In this document: piece by piece, positions 49,613 through 60,894 of the stretch
How the letters are laid out: each line of letters starts with the position of its first letter
Position numbering within the stretch: position 1 is the first letter of the stretch
Assembly (NCBI GenBank): GCA_035290865.1
Contig: DATDTM010000012.1
Location: 11,134-75,133 of the forward strand
Source: Candidatus Nanoarchaeia archaeon
GTDB lineage: Archaea; Nanobdellota; Nanobdellia; Woesearchaeales; GW2011-AR9
Direction: 5' to 3'
DNA: 64,000 bases
The notes under the pieces: generated by a model
What the model saw: only the letters and a program-made list of their open reading frames with translations
Databases searched by the model: none
What the model was told of the DNA's origin: nothing
Position numbers and translations under genes: made by a program

Positions 49613-50734
49613 TCACTCTTTAATTATTTTACCTGGACCTGCATCATAAGGAAAAGGCACATAAGCCTTACAAAGCGGAGCTGGATGTTCACTCTCACAA
49701 TCATTGCTGGTGACTTCAGCCACTTCTTCCTCATCTATCTTGTTATTATCATTCTTATCAAATGACATTTTTAATGTATATTTGACTTGACTGCCATCTC
49801 GCCAGGTAATACTGGGGGAAAATTGTTTCCATTCAATCATCTCCTCAAAATTGCCGTCGCCATCTTTGTCATGTTTTCTGATAATAAACCCTTCTCTAGA
49901 ACAAGTGGTTACATCATCGATTTTGCCATCCCTATTCAAATCATAAGACAATTTAATTAATTGATATTCATCATTATAATAACTACTTGCGGAAGTTACG
50001 GCATCTGCATCACCAAAAACATCAGAACAATTGTAATAGAGGTAATCTAACGATCCGTCCTCCCCGCCAGGCAGCATCGTTCTAATAAATGTTAAACTAT
50101 CTTTTCTAGTAAATTCTTTATTCTCTATCGGATAACCACTTCCAGCCACAAAAGAAATCCGGACAAGAGGTACATCCTGTCCTTCTCGAAGAGGAGGCAC
50201 GTACAATCTCTTCAATTTATCTACATAAAATTCCTCTTTATAAACCACAGCCACCTCATTCACAACTAATTCATCTATGCCCGGACCAGGATTTCTTGTA
50301 GTTAAGTACTCCAAAGTGTATTCATCGACAGTCGGGCCTGAATCATGATATATTGTAGTTTGGTACCGCCCAAGAATCCTTTCTTGATCGTAATGCATGG
50401 GAGTAATCTTAGGGTCAAATATCTTTGGATTATATGGGCGACCAATCCACCGGGTTTTTGTCGGAAGAATGCCCCAAATGACATCGGATTTACCATCGCC
50501 ATCTAAGTCATACGAGTTTCCAGTTAAATATCCATTATCATCTTTTATCTCTGTCCAAAGATTTCTTGCTTTCTCACTTGAATCTTGACTTTGAGGCGAT
50601 TCAACTGCTGGTTTTTGAGAATAAAATGATGGATTAATTTTACATGCTAATGGAGATAAACCAAGTCCCAAAACTAATGCTGCAAGACCTGTAAATCTTC
50701 TTACTGTTCGTAATAAATTGTGAATATATTTCAT
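49613..50734 (-). CDS. secreted lipoprotein-like protein with Ca-binding Dx[DN]xDG repeats
   Basis: Start set at MKYIHNL because of the signal peptide with LSPLAC lipobox-like site; DLDGDGKSD, DGKIDD and DKDGDGNFEE repeats. Confidence 0.55.
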   Translation of the reverse strand: MKYIHNLLRTVRRFTGLAALVLGLGLSPLACKINPSFYSQKPAVESPQSQDSSEKARNLWTEIKDDNGYLTGNSYDLDGDGKSDVIWGILPTKTRWIGRPYNPKIFDPKITPMHYDQERILGRYQTTIYHDSGPTVDEYTLEYLTTRNPGPGIDELVVNEVAVVYKEEFYVDKLKRLYVPPLREGQDVPLVRISFVAGSGYPIENKEFTRKDSLTFIRTMLPGGEDGSLDYLYYNCSDVFGDADAVTSASSYYNDEYQLIKLSYDLNRDGKIDDVTTCSREGFIIRKHDKDGDGNFEEMIEWKQFSPSITWRDGSQVKYTLKMSFDKNDNNKIDEEEVAEVTSNDCESEHPAPLCKAYVPFPYDAGPGKIIKE

Positions 50735-50973
50735 TTTTGTATTTGTGCCCCCCTTTGAGAGTATAGTTACTACTTTCCCATCCCCCACCAAATTGTTATT
50801 GGTAAGTAACAAGTATATTAAACTTCCGTTAGGAATTCCATTCAAAATAAGAAAAACAAAAAATGAATTTGAAAAGATAGTTACGTTATCAAAAGAACAA
50901 GAAAAGATAATGAAAGCTGTTGATAAGAATATTCTGAAACTCAATGTATAAAAATTAGGAGAAATTCAGGTAA

Positions 50974-52224
50974 TTATTTCTTTGCTTTTCGATATGCTTC
51001 CATAGCCTTTGCTCCTTCACCAACACTGTTCCAAACATCTCCAAGTAATTTCCATTCACCAATCTTTTCAAAAATATTGGCAGCTTTACCATATTGATCA
51101 CTCCTCTCATACCAGATACCAAGCTGTCGCTGAACATCATGCTCATTTAAACCAGTTTTTTGGAGAGTTTTAAGACATAACCTCAACTTACCGTTAGAAA
51201 AATAACTTTGTGCTAACTTCAGTTCTAATTCTTTTGCCTTATCTTTTTGACCTATTCTATTTAATATCTCTATTATTTTCAGGTAAGTCTTATACTCTAA
51301 TCCGCCTCTTTTTTCAAGCTCTAATCCTAGTTCTAAAGCTACCTCTAACTTTCCAGCTTTTTCAAATGCATTTATAGCTTTTAATTTACAATCATAGTAA
51401 TTTCCGCGGTCATACTCGTGATATTTAGAATAATTATATGGACTCTTCCACCAGTTAGCTACTCTTTCCCAACAAGGTCCCGCTCTTTCCCAATCACCTA
51501 CTTTTTCAAAAGCTTCTGCAAGATGTTCTTTCTTCCCAATACCAACAATCAAACTCATTAATATACTCACTATTCCTTCGTAAGTTTCTTTTGGTAAACT
51601 CTTTTTATGTTTCACAAAACCGATTAAGTAATTAAATTGTGCTTCTGGTTGCAAACACCGCAATTTTGCATGTATTTCTTCCAAATTATCCCCATATATT
51701 TGATCAAATTCTTCACTTAATTTCTTTGCTCCATTCAAATCAGTAGAGAGTGCAGCAATCCACTTTTCGGTATTTTCTGCTAATTTTGCTAATTCCATTA
51801 AGCATTGGTGGGCTTGTTCTAGCTCTTTAGATTTAATCGCAGCTTGGAGCTGAACCAGCAAGTCGCGAAGGCGACCCTCATACATAGAAGAACTATTAAC
51901 CAAATCAGCAGCTTCTAAATGTAAACGGCGGATTAATTCTTCAACTTCAGTAATCGTTCCAGAAACTTTAATTTTATCTTTCGCCTTAGACAAAATGCTC
52001 TCTACATTATGTTCATAACGATTAAATCTTCGTTCAGCTTTTCCAATATAACGGACATCTCGTAGCAGAAATCTTAACCCCTTCAAATCTGCATTACTTT
52101 TGGCTCTTTCTATATCTGTTTTTAACTTGAAAATATCTTTTTTTAACTCTAAGAAATAATTATGTTCGGTAGCTAACCAAGCTACGGCTTTACTAATCAC
52201 CTTTTGAAGCTCTTTTTTGTCCAT
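50974..52224 (-). CDS. TPR-repeat protein
   Basis: Repeated 34-aa helical units with W/Y-G-A spacing in the C-terminal half. Confidence 0.55.
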   Translation of the reverse strand: MDKKELQKVISKAVAWLATEHNYFLELKKDIFKLKTDIERAKSNADLKGLRFLLRDVRYIGKAERRFNRYEHNVESILSKAKDKIKVSGTITEVEELIRRLHLEAADLVNSSSMYEGRLRDLLVQLQAAIKSKELEQAHQCLMELAKLAENTEKWIAALSTDLNGAKKLSEEFDQIYGDNLEEIHAKLRCLQPEAQFNYLIGFVKHKKSLPKETYEGIVSILMSLIVGIGKKEHLAEAFEKVGDWERAGPCWERVANWWKSPYNYSKYHEYDRGNYYDCKLKAINAFEKAGKLEVALELGLELEKRGGLEYKTYLKIIEILNRIGQKDKAKELELKLAQSYFSNGKLRLCLKTLQKTGLNEHDVQRQLGIWYERSDQYGKAANIFEKIGEWKLLGDVWNSVGEGAKAMEAYRKAKK

Positions 52225-52987
52225 TTATAATCTTAAACAGAAATATAATTCTCTTAGTTATAAACTTACCTTACCCCTCTCCGCTAGTAAAAGAAGAAAA
52301 ATGTCAGTTCGGACGCTGTTGCAAGACCACCACAAATGCTTTTTTTCTCCTCTTCTCGGAATAATTTGCTTAGAAAAAATAAGTGTTTCTCTTTCTCAGT
52401 AGCTTAACACGTTTGTTTTTCCTCACTTTTTCTCTTCTTTTTTAGTCAAAAAAGAGAGCTCACGCTGGTTAGGATGCTACCACTACCCATTTCTTACAGT
52501 TTGTATACTCGATGACATAAATAATTATAGGGGACTTTGAATAACCTCCTACGGACAACACAATTGAGCCTATTCTAAGTCCTCTAAGACTATTTTGAAT
52601 ATATCAAATGCGAAGTGGTATTTGAGACTATGAGACCATGTCGAATATAGGTTTTTCAAAATCGTCTATACAGAATAATATGTCATCTCGTAATATACCG
52701 AAGGACATATAGCAAAGCGTTTGCTATATGTCCTTCGTACACAAAGTGAAAAAATTATTTCACTTGTGCACAGATGAAGTAGTTTCTTCATCTAGTATAT
52801 AGTGTCGAAGAATTATTGTTCAATATTTATGTTCGCTACTATATGTCGTCGAAAGAGGAAAAAGATACACAATACAAAAGCGGAAAACACTGTGACCATA
52901 CAGCCACCGCCCACCCGACTAAGCTTTATAGTTTCTCTTACAGCCTGTCAACTTTATGTAAAGAAGAGATAATGAGTTGGTTTAATA

Positions 52988-53542
52988 TTATCGCCTTAAT
53001 CGAGAAATTATTATTCCATTAATTGATTCCATCTTTTCTTGTTTCTGATGCAATTGTGCTTGTTCCCCTACGGAGAAAACGCCAGCTGTACCGCTTTTCC
53101 CAAGACTCATTAAATCTTTAAGGAGAGAGACAATATCTCTTAAAACCGTGGGATGGAGATTATCCCAAGATTTTCTCCAGGGAACATCGGTGCGCACCCT
53201 TTTTATAATCCATTCCAAGAAAGCGGTATAATCCAAATATTTTTTGGTTATTATTTTCTCCAAATCCTCCATGCGGCTTAAGCAATTCTTCCGAAGTTCT
53301 AAATCTGCCTGCTTTTTAACACCATATCTCAATATGATCATCATCTTTTGGGCACTTTTCCATGAATTTTTTATCGCGTCTAATGTCACTCTAGCTTGGG
53401 CTTTCTCGTTTTCTAATCGCTTATTTTTAGCTATACTATTGGTTAATACCAGCGATCCAGGAAGAGCTTTTTCTATTTCTGCATAAAAAATATCTGCTGC
53501 GACACAAAATTTCTGAATTACATCCATTTTAATAACCTCCAC
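52988..53542 (-). CDS. hypothetical protein (second gene of a two-gene operon)
   Basis: 184-aa ORF, 18 nt downstream of 53561..54856. Confidence 0.45.
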   Translation of the reverse strand: MEVIKMDVIQKFCVAADIFYAEIEKALPGSLVLTNSIAKNKRLENEKAQARVTLDAIKNSWKSAQKMMIILRYGVKKQADLELRKNCLSRMEDLEKIITKKYLDYTAFLEWIIKRVRTDVPWRKSWDNLHPTVLRDIVSLLKDLMSLGKSGTAGVFSVGEQAQLHQKQEKMESINGIIISRLRR

Positions 53543-53560
53543 TCACTGATTTTAATAGTT

Positions 53561-54856
53561 TCAACCAATTCCCGCAAACTTTAAAGTCCTTCGTGATACT
53601 TCTTTCTGCACAAAATTACCATACGCCTCGAATTCTCCCCGAGCCAAGAGTTCACTGGCCTCTTCTCTGGGATAAAACTTTTTCCAAAGGGCAATCAGTT
53701 CCCCCCATATCGCTTTTTCTCTTCCCCGAGCAATAAGGGGAACGCTTTCTTTACTCACGGAAGCATACTTTTCCATCACTTTGAAAAAATGTTGATATTC
53801 ATCGTTACAAAGATTGGCTACGGCACTAACTTTATATCCAATACCACTTGTTAATCCCCATTTTGAGCTGTAAGTACAAAGATAAGATATAACACTTCTA
53901 AGAATATTTTCCTTGTTTTTTGGGAGAACAAAATCTTTTTTGTCCCAAAATGAGAAGCCAGTAAAATCCTCATACTGACCATGAGATGCATAATTATACG
54001 TGGCATTGATAATATCATACAATAAATGCCCAATCATTAGGTTCGCTACCAATAATTTCCCGTCCAAGAGCCCACAACCGTGAATGCGAGATTCAATAAT
54101 ATGCTTAGCGATGTAATCTCCCCCGCCGATGGCTTGATGCTTGGAAAGCTGTATATCTGAAAAAATGCCCTGAGAATCAATCCATGATTTTTTCTCATAA
54201 AAAACAGTATTAGCCATACTTGCCAAGAACTGGGCAACCTCCAAATCTATTTTAAAACTCTCGGCATTCATCCCCTCCCGATATAAGAGAGTAGTTCCCT
54301 CTTTAACATCTTCCCTTTTCTTTTCGTCCCATAATTTTCCTAAATCTGTGATCAAGATTAAGAGGGCTTTAAGGTGAGAAAGAGTTTCTTTTACTACCGC
54401 GTTTATTTCTTCCCAATTTATGGGTTTCTTAGACAATAGCTTATGCAATTCCCCATTCCAGGATAATTTATTAATTAAATCTTTTTTGTATAAATCCGTT
54501 TCTGCCCGATGTTTTCTAAGAGTCGCTAGTTCTTCGGTTCTCCCCAACGCCGTTTCTAATTCGATATAATGGTCTAAAGCATCAATGAGCCTGCCGCAAA
54601 AGCGGTCCATTCTCTTTTCTATTCTACTTACAGTTTTTGCTTCATGCCCGGCTTCTTTAAGAAAATGTTTTTCTGCATGGATAATAGCTGCATCATATTT
54701 GCCTGCACTTATTTTTAATTCTAATCTTAGAATGTTGCCAAGGTCTTCAGCCAGTTCTGTAACCTCTGTATCCTCTTTTATAATCCAATTCTGAGATCGT
54801 TTGGTTTGCTTAATTAATTTTCCTAAAGCTTCTTTCAACTCTTTCTCTCGCATCAT
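53561..54856 (-). CDS. hypothetical protein
   Basis: 431-aa ORF with no recognisable motif. Confidence 0.5.
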   Translation of the reverse strand: MMREKELKEALGKLIKQTKRSQNWIIKEDTEVTELAEDLGNILRLELKISAGKYDAAIIHAEKHFLKEAGHEAKTVSRIEKRMDRFCGRLIDALDHYIELETALGRTEELATLRKHRAETDLYKKDLINKLSWNGELHKLLSKKPINWEEINAVVKETLSHLKALLILITDLGKLWDEKKREDVKEGTTLLYREGMNAESFKIDLEVAQFLASMANTVFYEKKSWIDSQGIFSDIQLSKHQAIGGGDYIAKHIIESRIHGCGLLDGKLLVANLMIGHLLYDIINATYNYASHGQYEDFTGFSFWDKKDFVLPKNKENILRSVISYLCTYSSKWGLTSGIGYKVSAVANLCNDEYQHFFKVMEKYASVSKESVPLIARGREKAIWGELIALWKKFYPREEASELLARGEFEAYGNFVQKEVSRRTLKFAGIG

Positions 54857-54900
54857 TTTTATATCGGAAGGGCAAATAGTTTTTAAATTTATGGGTAATA

Positions 54901-55025
54901 AGTATGTATTAAGTTTCTTTGAGGCAGGGGTTTAAAATTGAGCGAATAGAATCTGCCTTCTGACTGACTGTTTAAATCGGGCAGACCTATTCCGCCTCCC
55001 TGTCCCCGACTTAATACATACACTA
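54901..55025. repeat. ~125-bp element bounded by AGTATGTATTAAGT / ACTTAATACATACACT inverted repeats
   Basis: 14-bp TIRs with a GC-rich hairpin interior (GAATAGAATCTGCC..GGCAGACCTATTC). Confidence 0.55.
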
Positions 55026-55137
55026 TTTCATAACACTTTTAATTTTACGTGCAAGAAATTCCATGTGCTCCTTAGGATGCACTAGAAGCATAGCCATACT
55101 TTAGATACAATGACAAAAATGAAAATAATAATACGGT

Positions 55138-57435
55138 TTATCCCACATAATCAATCTTCTTTTCTTTGATCTGTTTAGCCCGGGCTTTGCCGAAATAATC
55201 TTCCAATTGCTGGTAAGCTTCTTCAATTTCTTTATCCACAGAAGGTTTGACCACTTCTAAAGCTTTCAGGAAATGTTCCATTTTCACTTCTTTAGATTTA
55301 ATATCTTCCCGCAAAGAGATCATCGCTGCTTCTCGACAAACTCCTTCAATATCCGCACCCACATAACCTTTGGTTTTCTCAGCAAGTTTTTCAGCGTTAA
55401 TTCCTTTAGCTAGAGGCATACGTTTCAGATAGATCTCAAAAATCTTTTTCCTTCCCGCTTCTTCAGGAACCGGAGTAAAGATGATCCGATCAAATCTTCC
55501 CTGACGCAATAAAGCCGGGTCAACAATATCCGGACGGTTAGTTGCTCCGATTACTACCACATCATTAAGGCTTTCCAATCCGTCCATCTCCGTTAACATC
55601 TGGTTGACGATTTTCTCGTTGACTCGATGCCCCTCATCGCCAGAACCGCTTCTGCGCGGAACTAAAGCATCAATCTCATCAAAGAATAATATGGTTGGTG
55701 AAGTTTGTCTCGCTTTTCTAAATATCTCTCGAACAGCTTTTTCTGATTCGCCCACCCATTTAGATAATAAACTTGGACCGTTAACTAAGATAAAATTAGC
55801 TTCACTTTCTTTAGCTACTGCTTTAGCCAGCATGGTTTTACCAGTACCTGGCGGGCCATAAAGTAAAATACCGCGCGGAGGACGGATACCCATACGCTTG
55901 AACACTTCCGGTTGTTTCAAGGGCCATTCTACTGCCTCTTTTAATTTGTTCTTAATTTCTTCAAGACCGCCAATATCTTCCCAGGTGACATCCGGAATTT
56001 CTACCATTACTTCCCGCATGGCTGAAGGACGCACAATCTTCAATGATTCCTGGAAATCTTGTTGGGTAAGCATTAATTTTTCTAAAATTTCTTTTGGAAT
56101 AGCTTGACCATCCTCAATTCCTTCTTTCTTCAAATCTGGAAGAACTCTTCTTAATACAATCATGGCTGCCTCTTTGGCTAGAGCGTTCAAGTCTGCACCC
56201 ACAAATCCATGGGTTACCCGAGCAATTTCTTTAAGAACAACATTCTTTGATAGTGGCATATTTCTAGTATGAATCTTTAAAATTTCCAACCGGCCTTCTT
56301 TCCCAGGCACGCCAATCTCAATTTCCCGATCGAATCTTCCCGGCCTTCTCAAAGCAGAATCTAATACCTGGGGCATATTGGTAGCTGCAATGACAATCAC
56401 TTTACCTCTGGATTTCATTCCATCCATTAGTCCTAATAGCTGAGCTACTACTCTTTTTTCTACATCTCCCCGCGTCTCTTCCCGCTTGGTGGCGATGGCA
56501 TCAATCTCATCAAAGAAAATTATAGAAGGTGCATTCTGTTCTGCTTCTTCGAACTTTTTTCTTAAGTTCGCTTCCGATTCTCCATAAAACTTGGACATAA
56601 CTTCCGGTCCATTAATCAGAATGAAATGGGAATTTGTTTCTGAAGCTACTGCCTTGGCTAATAAAGTTTTTCCTGTACCTGGCGGACCATGCAATAAAAC
56701 TCCCTTGGGAGGTTCGATACCTAACTTTTCAAAGATTTCCGGATGTTTTAAAGGTAATTCAATCATCTCCCGGACTTTTTTGATCTCATCTCCTAATCCC
56801 CCGATATCTTCATAATTTATCCCTAAACTTAATCCTTCCTCTTCTTTAAGCTCTATCGCTTGAGGATTGAATTCCACTTCAGTTTCTGGAGTGACTACTA
56901 CTATCTCTTTCTTAGGAATTGTATCTACTACCATAAATTTCAGATCACCAAAACCGAACCCAGCAAACTGCGCTTCCATTGCCGAGAAAATACTTTCCAT
57001 ACTATTCCCGCTGACATTTACTCTTCTTCTCGACCCGCTTAAAGAAATAATATCCCCTTTGACTAAAGCCTTGCTCATTAAGCTGCGCTTAAACAATTCC
57101 GGAGAAGCTCTGATCATGACCCCTTTCTGAGCCGGAGCGATAACTACTTTTTTCGCGGGCTTGATTTCCGCTTTCTTGACTATAACCATCTCGCCTATGG
57201 AAGTTTTAGCGTTCCTGCGCAGATTTCCATCCATCCGAATAATATTTAGACCAATATCTCCCGGATAAGCTCGATCCACAATTGCGGCAGTAATTCTTTC
57301 CCCTTTAACTTCTACTATATCCCCAGAATTAACCCCAATCTCTTTCATAAAGCCAGAATCTATTTTAACTATACCTTTATTTACATCATCCTGTACTGCT
57401 TCCATTACTTTAAGTTTAAGTTCTGGCTGAGTCAT
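55138..57435 (-). CDS. cdc48: CDC48/VCP-like AAA+ ATPase
   Basis: N-domain plus two AAA modules, each with Walker A GPPGTGKT and second-region-of-homology motifs. Confidence 0.95.
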   Translation of the reverse strand: MTQPELKLKVMEAVQDDVNKGIVKIDSGFMKEIGVNSGDIVEVKGERITAAIVDRAYPGDIGLNIIRMDGNLRRNAKTSIGEMVIVKKAEIKPAKKVVIAPAQKGVMIRASPELFKRSLMSKALVKGDIISLSGSRRRVNVSGNSMESIFSAMEAQFAGFGFGDLKFMVVDTIPKKEIVVVTPETEVEFNPQAIELKEEEGLSLGINYEDIGGLGDEIKKVREMIELPLKHPEIFEKLGIEPPKGVLLHGPPGTGKTLLAKAVASETNSHFILINGPEVMSKFYGESEANLRKKFEEAEQNAPSIIFFDEIDAIATKREETRGDVEKRVVAQLLGLMDGMKSRGKVIVIAATNMPQVLDSALRRPGRFDREIEIGVPGKEGRLEILKIHTRNMPLSKNVVLKEIARVTHGFVGADLNALAKEAAMIVLRRVLPDLKKEGIEDGQAIPKEILEKLMLTQQDFQESLKIVRPSAMREVMVEIPDVTWEDIGGLEEIKNKLKEAVEWPLKQPEVFKRMGIRPPRGILLYGPPGTGKTMLAKAVAKESEANFILVNGPSLLSKWVGESEKAVREIFRKARQTSPTILFFDEIDALVPRRSGSGDEGHRVNEKIVNQMLTEMDGLESLNDVVVIGATNRPDIVDPALLRQGRFDRIIFTPVPEEAGRKKIFEIYLKRMPLAKGINAEKLAEKTKGYVGADIEGVCREAAMISLREDIKSKEVKMEHFLKALEVVKPSVDKEIEEAYQQLEDYFGKARAKQIKEKKIDYVG

Positions 57436-57541
57436 CTTTACCTTTTTTAGCTTGCCTTTTATATAAAGATTATGGTTTTAAAAGTATATTACTACTAAAT
57501 AATAGCGAAAATCTTATAAATACTCTTATTAAATAAAGGTA

Positions 57542-58174
57542 TTGAGTTATATAATCCTAAAACTGAATAAAATACCTAAAATGAGATCAACACTTTGTGC
57601 GCTTTTAGCTGGATTAAGTTTAATTCCATCTACAGCTAGTCCTAAAATTCCAGAATCAAGAATGGACCCATTAGTTGTAAAAATAGTGGAATTATTAAAA
57701 GCTGATCCTACTACTTCCCGTAATTTACAAGATAACTGGAAAGCAGATTTTTCCCGCCATTCAACTGATGGTAGAGGAAGTGCTTATTTTCCAGCCAAAA
57801 GCGGAACTTTAATCACTTATTCCCAGCAATTTCGAGAAGGAGATAAAACCATTATAATTGGATATTTTGATAATGATGACAAAAATTTTAAGCATCCTGA
57901 CTTTCAATCTGATGGAATAATCGGACCTGCAGACTCGTTAACAATTAATATAAATTATGATTCCGTCCGGGGGAAAAAACACAGATCCGGTTACGAATTA
58001 AGAGATTATGGATTAGATCGAAAATTGGATGTGTCCCATGGAGATGTACTAGAATTAGGTGTAAGCTCAGATGAAGCCAGTGATTATTTTTATGAAAAAA
58101 GTACAGAAATTGATCAAAAATATACTAATCTTCTAAAAGAAATGGAAAACAGATTAACTAAAAAGAAAGAATAA
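57542..58174 (+). CDS. hypothetical secreted protein
   Basis: Signal peptide MRSTLCALLAGLSLIPSTAS. Confidence 0.45.
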   Translation: MSYIILKLNKIPKMRSTLCALLAGLSLIPSTASPKIPESRMDPLVVKIVELLKADPTTSRNLQDNWKADFSRHSTDGRGSAYFPAKSGTLITYSQQFREGDKTIIIGYFDNDDKNFKHPDFQSDGIIGPADSLTININYDSVRGKKHRSGYELRDYGLDRKLDVSHGDVLELGVSSDEASDYFYEKSTEIDQKYTNLLKEMENRLTKKKE

Positions 58175-58196
58175 AAAACACTCTGATCTAAACTAC

Positions 58197-58640
58197 TTAT
58201 TCCTCTTCTTTTTCTTCTTTCTCCTCTTTGGGAGCAGGCCCGGCTTTGACCTTGGGTAAGGGCAAGGGGCTAGGTAAACTTACTTCTTCGCTGATCTTAA
58301 TGGCTTGGATATTGCCTTTATGTAACGCAGCATTGATGACCATCTCCATTACTTCGGGAGGAATTCTTTTGTTTTTGTCCCAACCTTTCTTGATCTCATC
58401 AATTTTCTTTTTATCTTCCACATAAAGAACCTGGCCTTCCACCTCAATCTTGCCGTAATTCGGCTCGTAATTGCAGATAAAGCCAAAAGTAAATTTAAGG
58501 CCTTTCTTACCTTCCATGGCAAAGGTAAAATCCTCTAACTCTTTGATAGAAACATTATTATTAATCTTGATCTGACCACCTTTAGCATCTAAGTCTCTCT
58601 CTGCAATAATCTTATGTAAATTTATTTTCACAATTGTCAT
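58197..58640 (-). CDS. hypothetical protein with acidic KEEKEEKEEE tail
   Basis: 147-aa ORF. Confidence 0.45.
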   Translation of the reverse strand: MTIVKINLHKIIAERDLDAKGGQIKINNNVSIKELEDFTFAMEGKKGLKFTFGFICNYEPNYGKIEVEGQVLYVEDKKKIDEIKKGWDKNKRIPPEVMEMVINAALHKGNIQAIKISEEVSLPSPLPLPKVKAGPAPKEEKEEKEEE

Positions 58641-58909
58641 TATTAACCACCTTTTTCTGTTTTTACTAAACTTTATTCGTTTTCATCCATTAGCAAGGAT
58701 AGTTATTTATAAATTTTCCGAGATTTTTCTTCTTAGATTTAAGATCACTTCACTTTAAAATCGCATTTCTGCATTTCTGTAGGTGTAAGAAAACTACCGA
58801 TTTTGCAATTTTGTAGTTATGGTTTAAGCTTAGATTATTTGATCCCAGTAATTCCAGTCCAGATTTTTGCATTCATGTAGGTGTAAGTTTTTGGGTTAAG
58901 TTTATATAT

Positions 58910-59854
58910 TTGTTTCAATTTAATCCAAAAATGTTCTTACAAAAGAGAGTGATTAATGGAATTACTTATACTTACTTAGACCATAGTTTTCGCATTGGAA
59001 ACGAAGTTAAAAAAGTTTCTTTAATTCTGGATAAGAATAAACAAGATTATAATGAAGCGATAATAGAAAAAATCGCTGCTGCCCGTGCGGCATATTTCAC
59101 CAAAAACTTCCAAACTTATTTTTCAGAAGAGGAAATGACTAAAATTGAAACTGAAAAGATATTTTATCAAATATTCTTTAACTCATTAGACCGAAAATTC
59201 CAAGAAGCCATCTGGGAAGAATATTTACGCCTCTTTCTAGCCAACAGTATGGAATTAGAAGGATCAACTATAACTCCTCAGCTGGCAGAGAATATTGATA
59301 AGAGAAAGAGAACAATTTTGCCTGAAGCAGAAGTTAAATTATATCATAACTCTAAAGGTGCATTCAAAGAGATAATAGGCTCTGAATTAAGGTCTGTAAT
59401 CCAGTTTAAGCAATTTCATCAAATGATTTATGAGGGAATCATCCCAGATGCAGGCAATTTCAAAAAATTGCCCAACACTTTTGGTTATACTGAAAAAGCA
59501 AGAACCGCTCCTCCAGAAAAAGTAAGATTAGAATTAAAGAAAACCTTAGAGAATTATCAGAATAAAGAGATATACCCTTTCCTAAAGCCGTTGCTATTCC
59601 ACTTAAATTACCAGAAGACTCATCCTTTCACTGATGGAAACAGCAGGCTGGGAAGGATACTCCTGGTAGCGCAGATGTGTAAGTTGAATTATCCTGCCCT
59701 GATCTTCAAAGGTGATTTGGGTTTCCAGATCAGAGAGACTTTAATGGAATATATCAATCGTAACCACTTGGATTTCTGCAGGTTATGCTTAGAGCAATAT
59801 TTGCTAACTTCAATAAAATTCTGGAGGCCAATGATTAGGAAGTATTTGTATTGA
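58910..59854 (+). CDS. fic: Fic/Doc-family protein (AMPylase-like)
   Basis: HPFTDGNSRLGR matches the Fic motif HxFx(D/E)GNGRxxR. Confidence 0.8.
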   Translation: MFQFNPKMFLQKRVINGITYTYLDHSFRIGNEVKKVSLILDKNKQDYNEAIIEKIAAARAAYFTKNFQTYFSEEEMTKIETEKIFYQIFFNSLDRKFQEAIWEEYLRLFLANSMELEGSTITPQLAENIDKRKRTILPEAEVKLYHNSKGAFKEIIGSELRSVIQFKQFHQMIYEGIIPDAGNFKKLPNTFGYTEKARTAPPEKVRLELKKTLENYQNKEIYPFLKPLLFHLNYQKTHPFTDGNSRLGRILLVAQMCKLNYPALIFKGDLGFQIRETLMEYINRNHLDFCRLCLEQYLLTSIKFWRPMIRKYLY

Positions 59855-60000
59855 CTATTAGATAGTCTTATAATAAATTGCCTGGTTTAGGTTGCATTAT
59901 TTACGCAATTTACTATTAGATAATTGCGGATTAAAGCCACAATATTAACCCAATTATATTTCAGAATCAATTCTCTATTCTAGTACTCGTTTCTTTAGTA

Positions 60001-60843
60001 TTAACGCACACTTTGAACATCAGAAATTATCTTTTTAGCAATTGTCTCAGCAAGGAAAGAGTTATTAATCAGTTCTACGTTTATTTTTTGTTTTCCATTG
60101 ATTAATTCCATAAATCGGATATAATCCAAGTCTTCGTATGATCTTGCTTTCTGATATAATTCATCCAATTGCTTAGCTAATTCTTTCGGAACTGAAAGCT
60201 TAAGCAAAAATGGGCCGGAAGTGCCATAATAATTAATGTTATTAAATGAAGGAACAATCTTGGAGATACAATTTTTACCAGAGTAATATTTTCTAGAAAT
60301 CTTGTCCAAAGAAGTATTTCCTGTGATTTTTACATATATTTTAGCATGATGTTTTGCGTGATTATTTATTAGACTATCTTCGTTTTCCAAATTACCGATT
60401 ACCCACCAAACATGATGGCCTTCCCAGGTTATAATCGGGTTTGTACTGATAGAAGCTCCTTTAACCTCAATTTCGCTCCAGAACAAATCACTCTGAACTA
60501 AGTTATCAAATTCATAAACAGAGGTTTCTCCCTTGGAAAATATATTATTATTCACAGAAGGTTTGATTTTGTTGTAATAAATTGCTAACCGCTCAAAAAA
60601 CTTCTTTCGTTCAATGATCCAGGCTAAACTTAGCTTATACTTGGCTTGGTCATTTTGTAGAATGCCTTCTGCCACCAGTTCTTTTACATTCTTAAATGTC
60701 GCCTGATAAGAATGTTTGTCCCCATCCAAAGAATGATGTATTTGCATTATGCTTAAAGGATACTTATTAATAAGGATATTAATTATCTTTTCTTTGCTTT
60801 TCATTTCAAGCGGGTTAAGCATAAATTCAAGTAAAGGAGGCAT
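60001..60843 (-). CDS. hypothetical protein
   Basis: 280-aa ORF. Confidence 0.45.
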   Translation of the reverse strand: MPPLLEFMLNPLEMKSKEKIINILINKYPLSIMQIHHSLDGDKHSYQATFKNVKELVAEGILQNDQAKYKLSLAWIIERKKFFERLAIYYNKIKPSVNNNIFSKGETSVYEFDNLVQSDLFWSEIEVKGASISTNPIITWEGHHVWWVIGNLENEDSLINNHAKHHAKIYVKITGNTSLDKISRKYYSGKNCISKIVPSFNNINYYGTSGPFLLKLSVPKELAKQLDELYQKARSYEDLDYIRFMELINGKQKINVELINNSFLAETIAKKIISDVQSVR

Positions 60844-60894
60844 CCATTTAAACTTTTTGGTTGATTTTCATTAAACCATAGATTTTTATAGATA

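Noticed and set aside
50735-50944. N-terminal 70 aa of ORF 49613..50944
   Set aside because: Hydrophobic low-complexity read-through. A proper signal peptide begins at the internal Met (50734).
55604-57130. Several 60-90-aa antisense ORFs inside the CDC48 gene, and similar ones inside lysS, aIF2-gamma and the Obg-like GTPase
   Set aside because: Fully embedded antisense to strongly supported long genes. Typical spurious ORFs.
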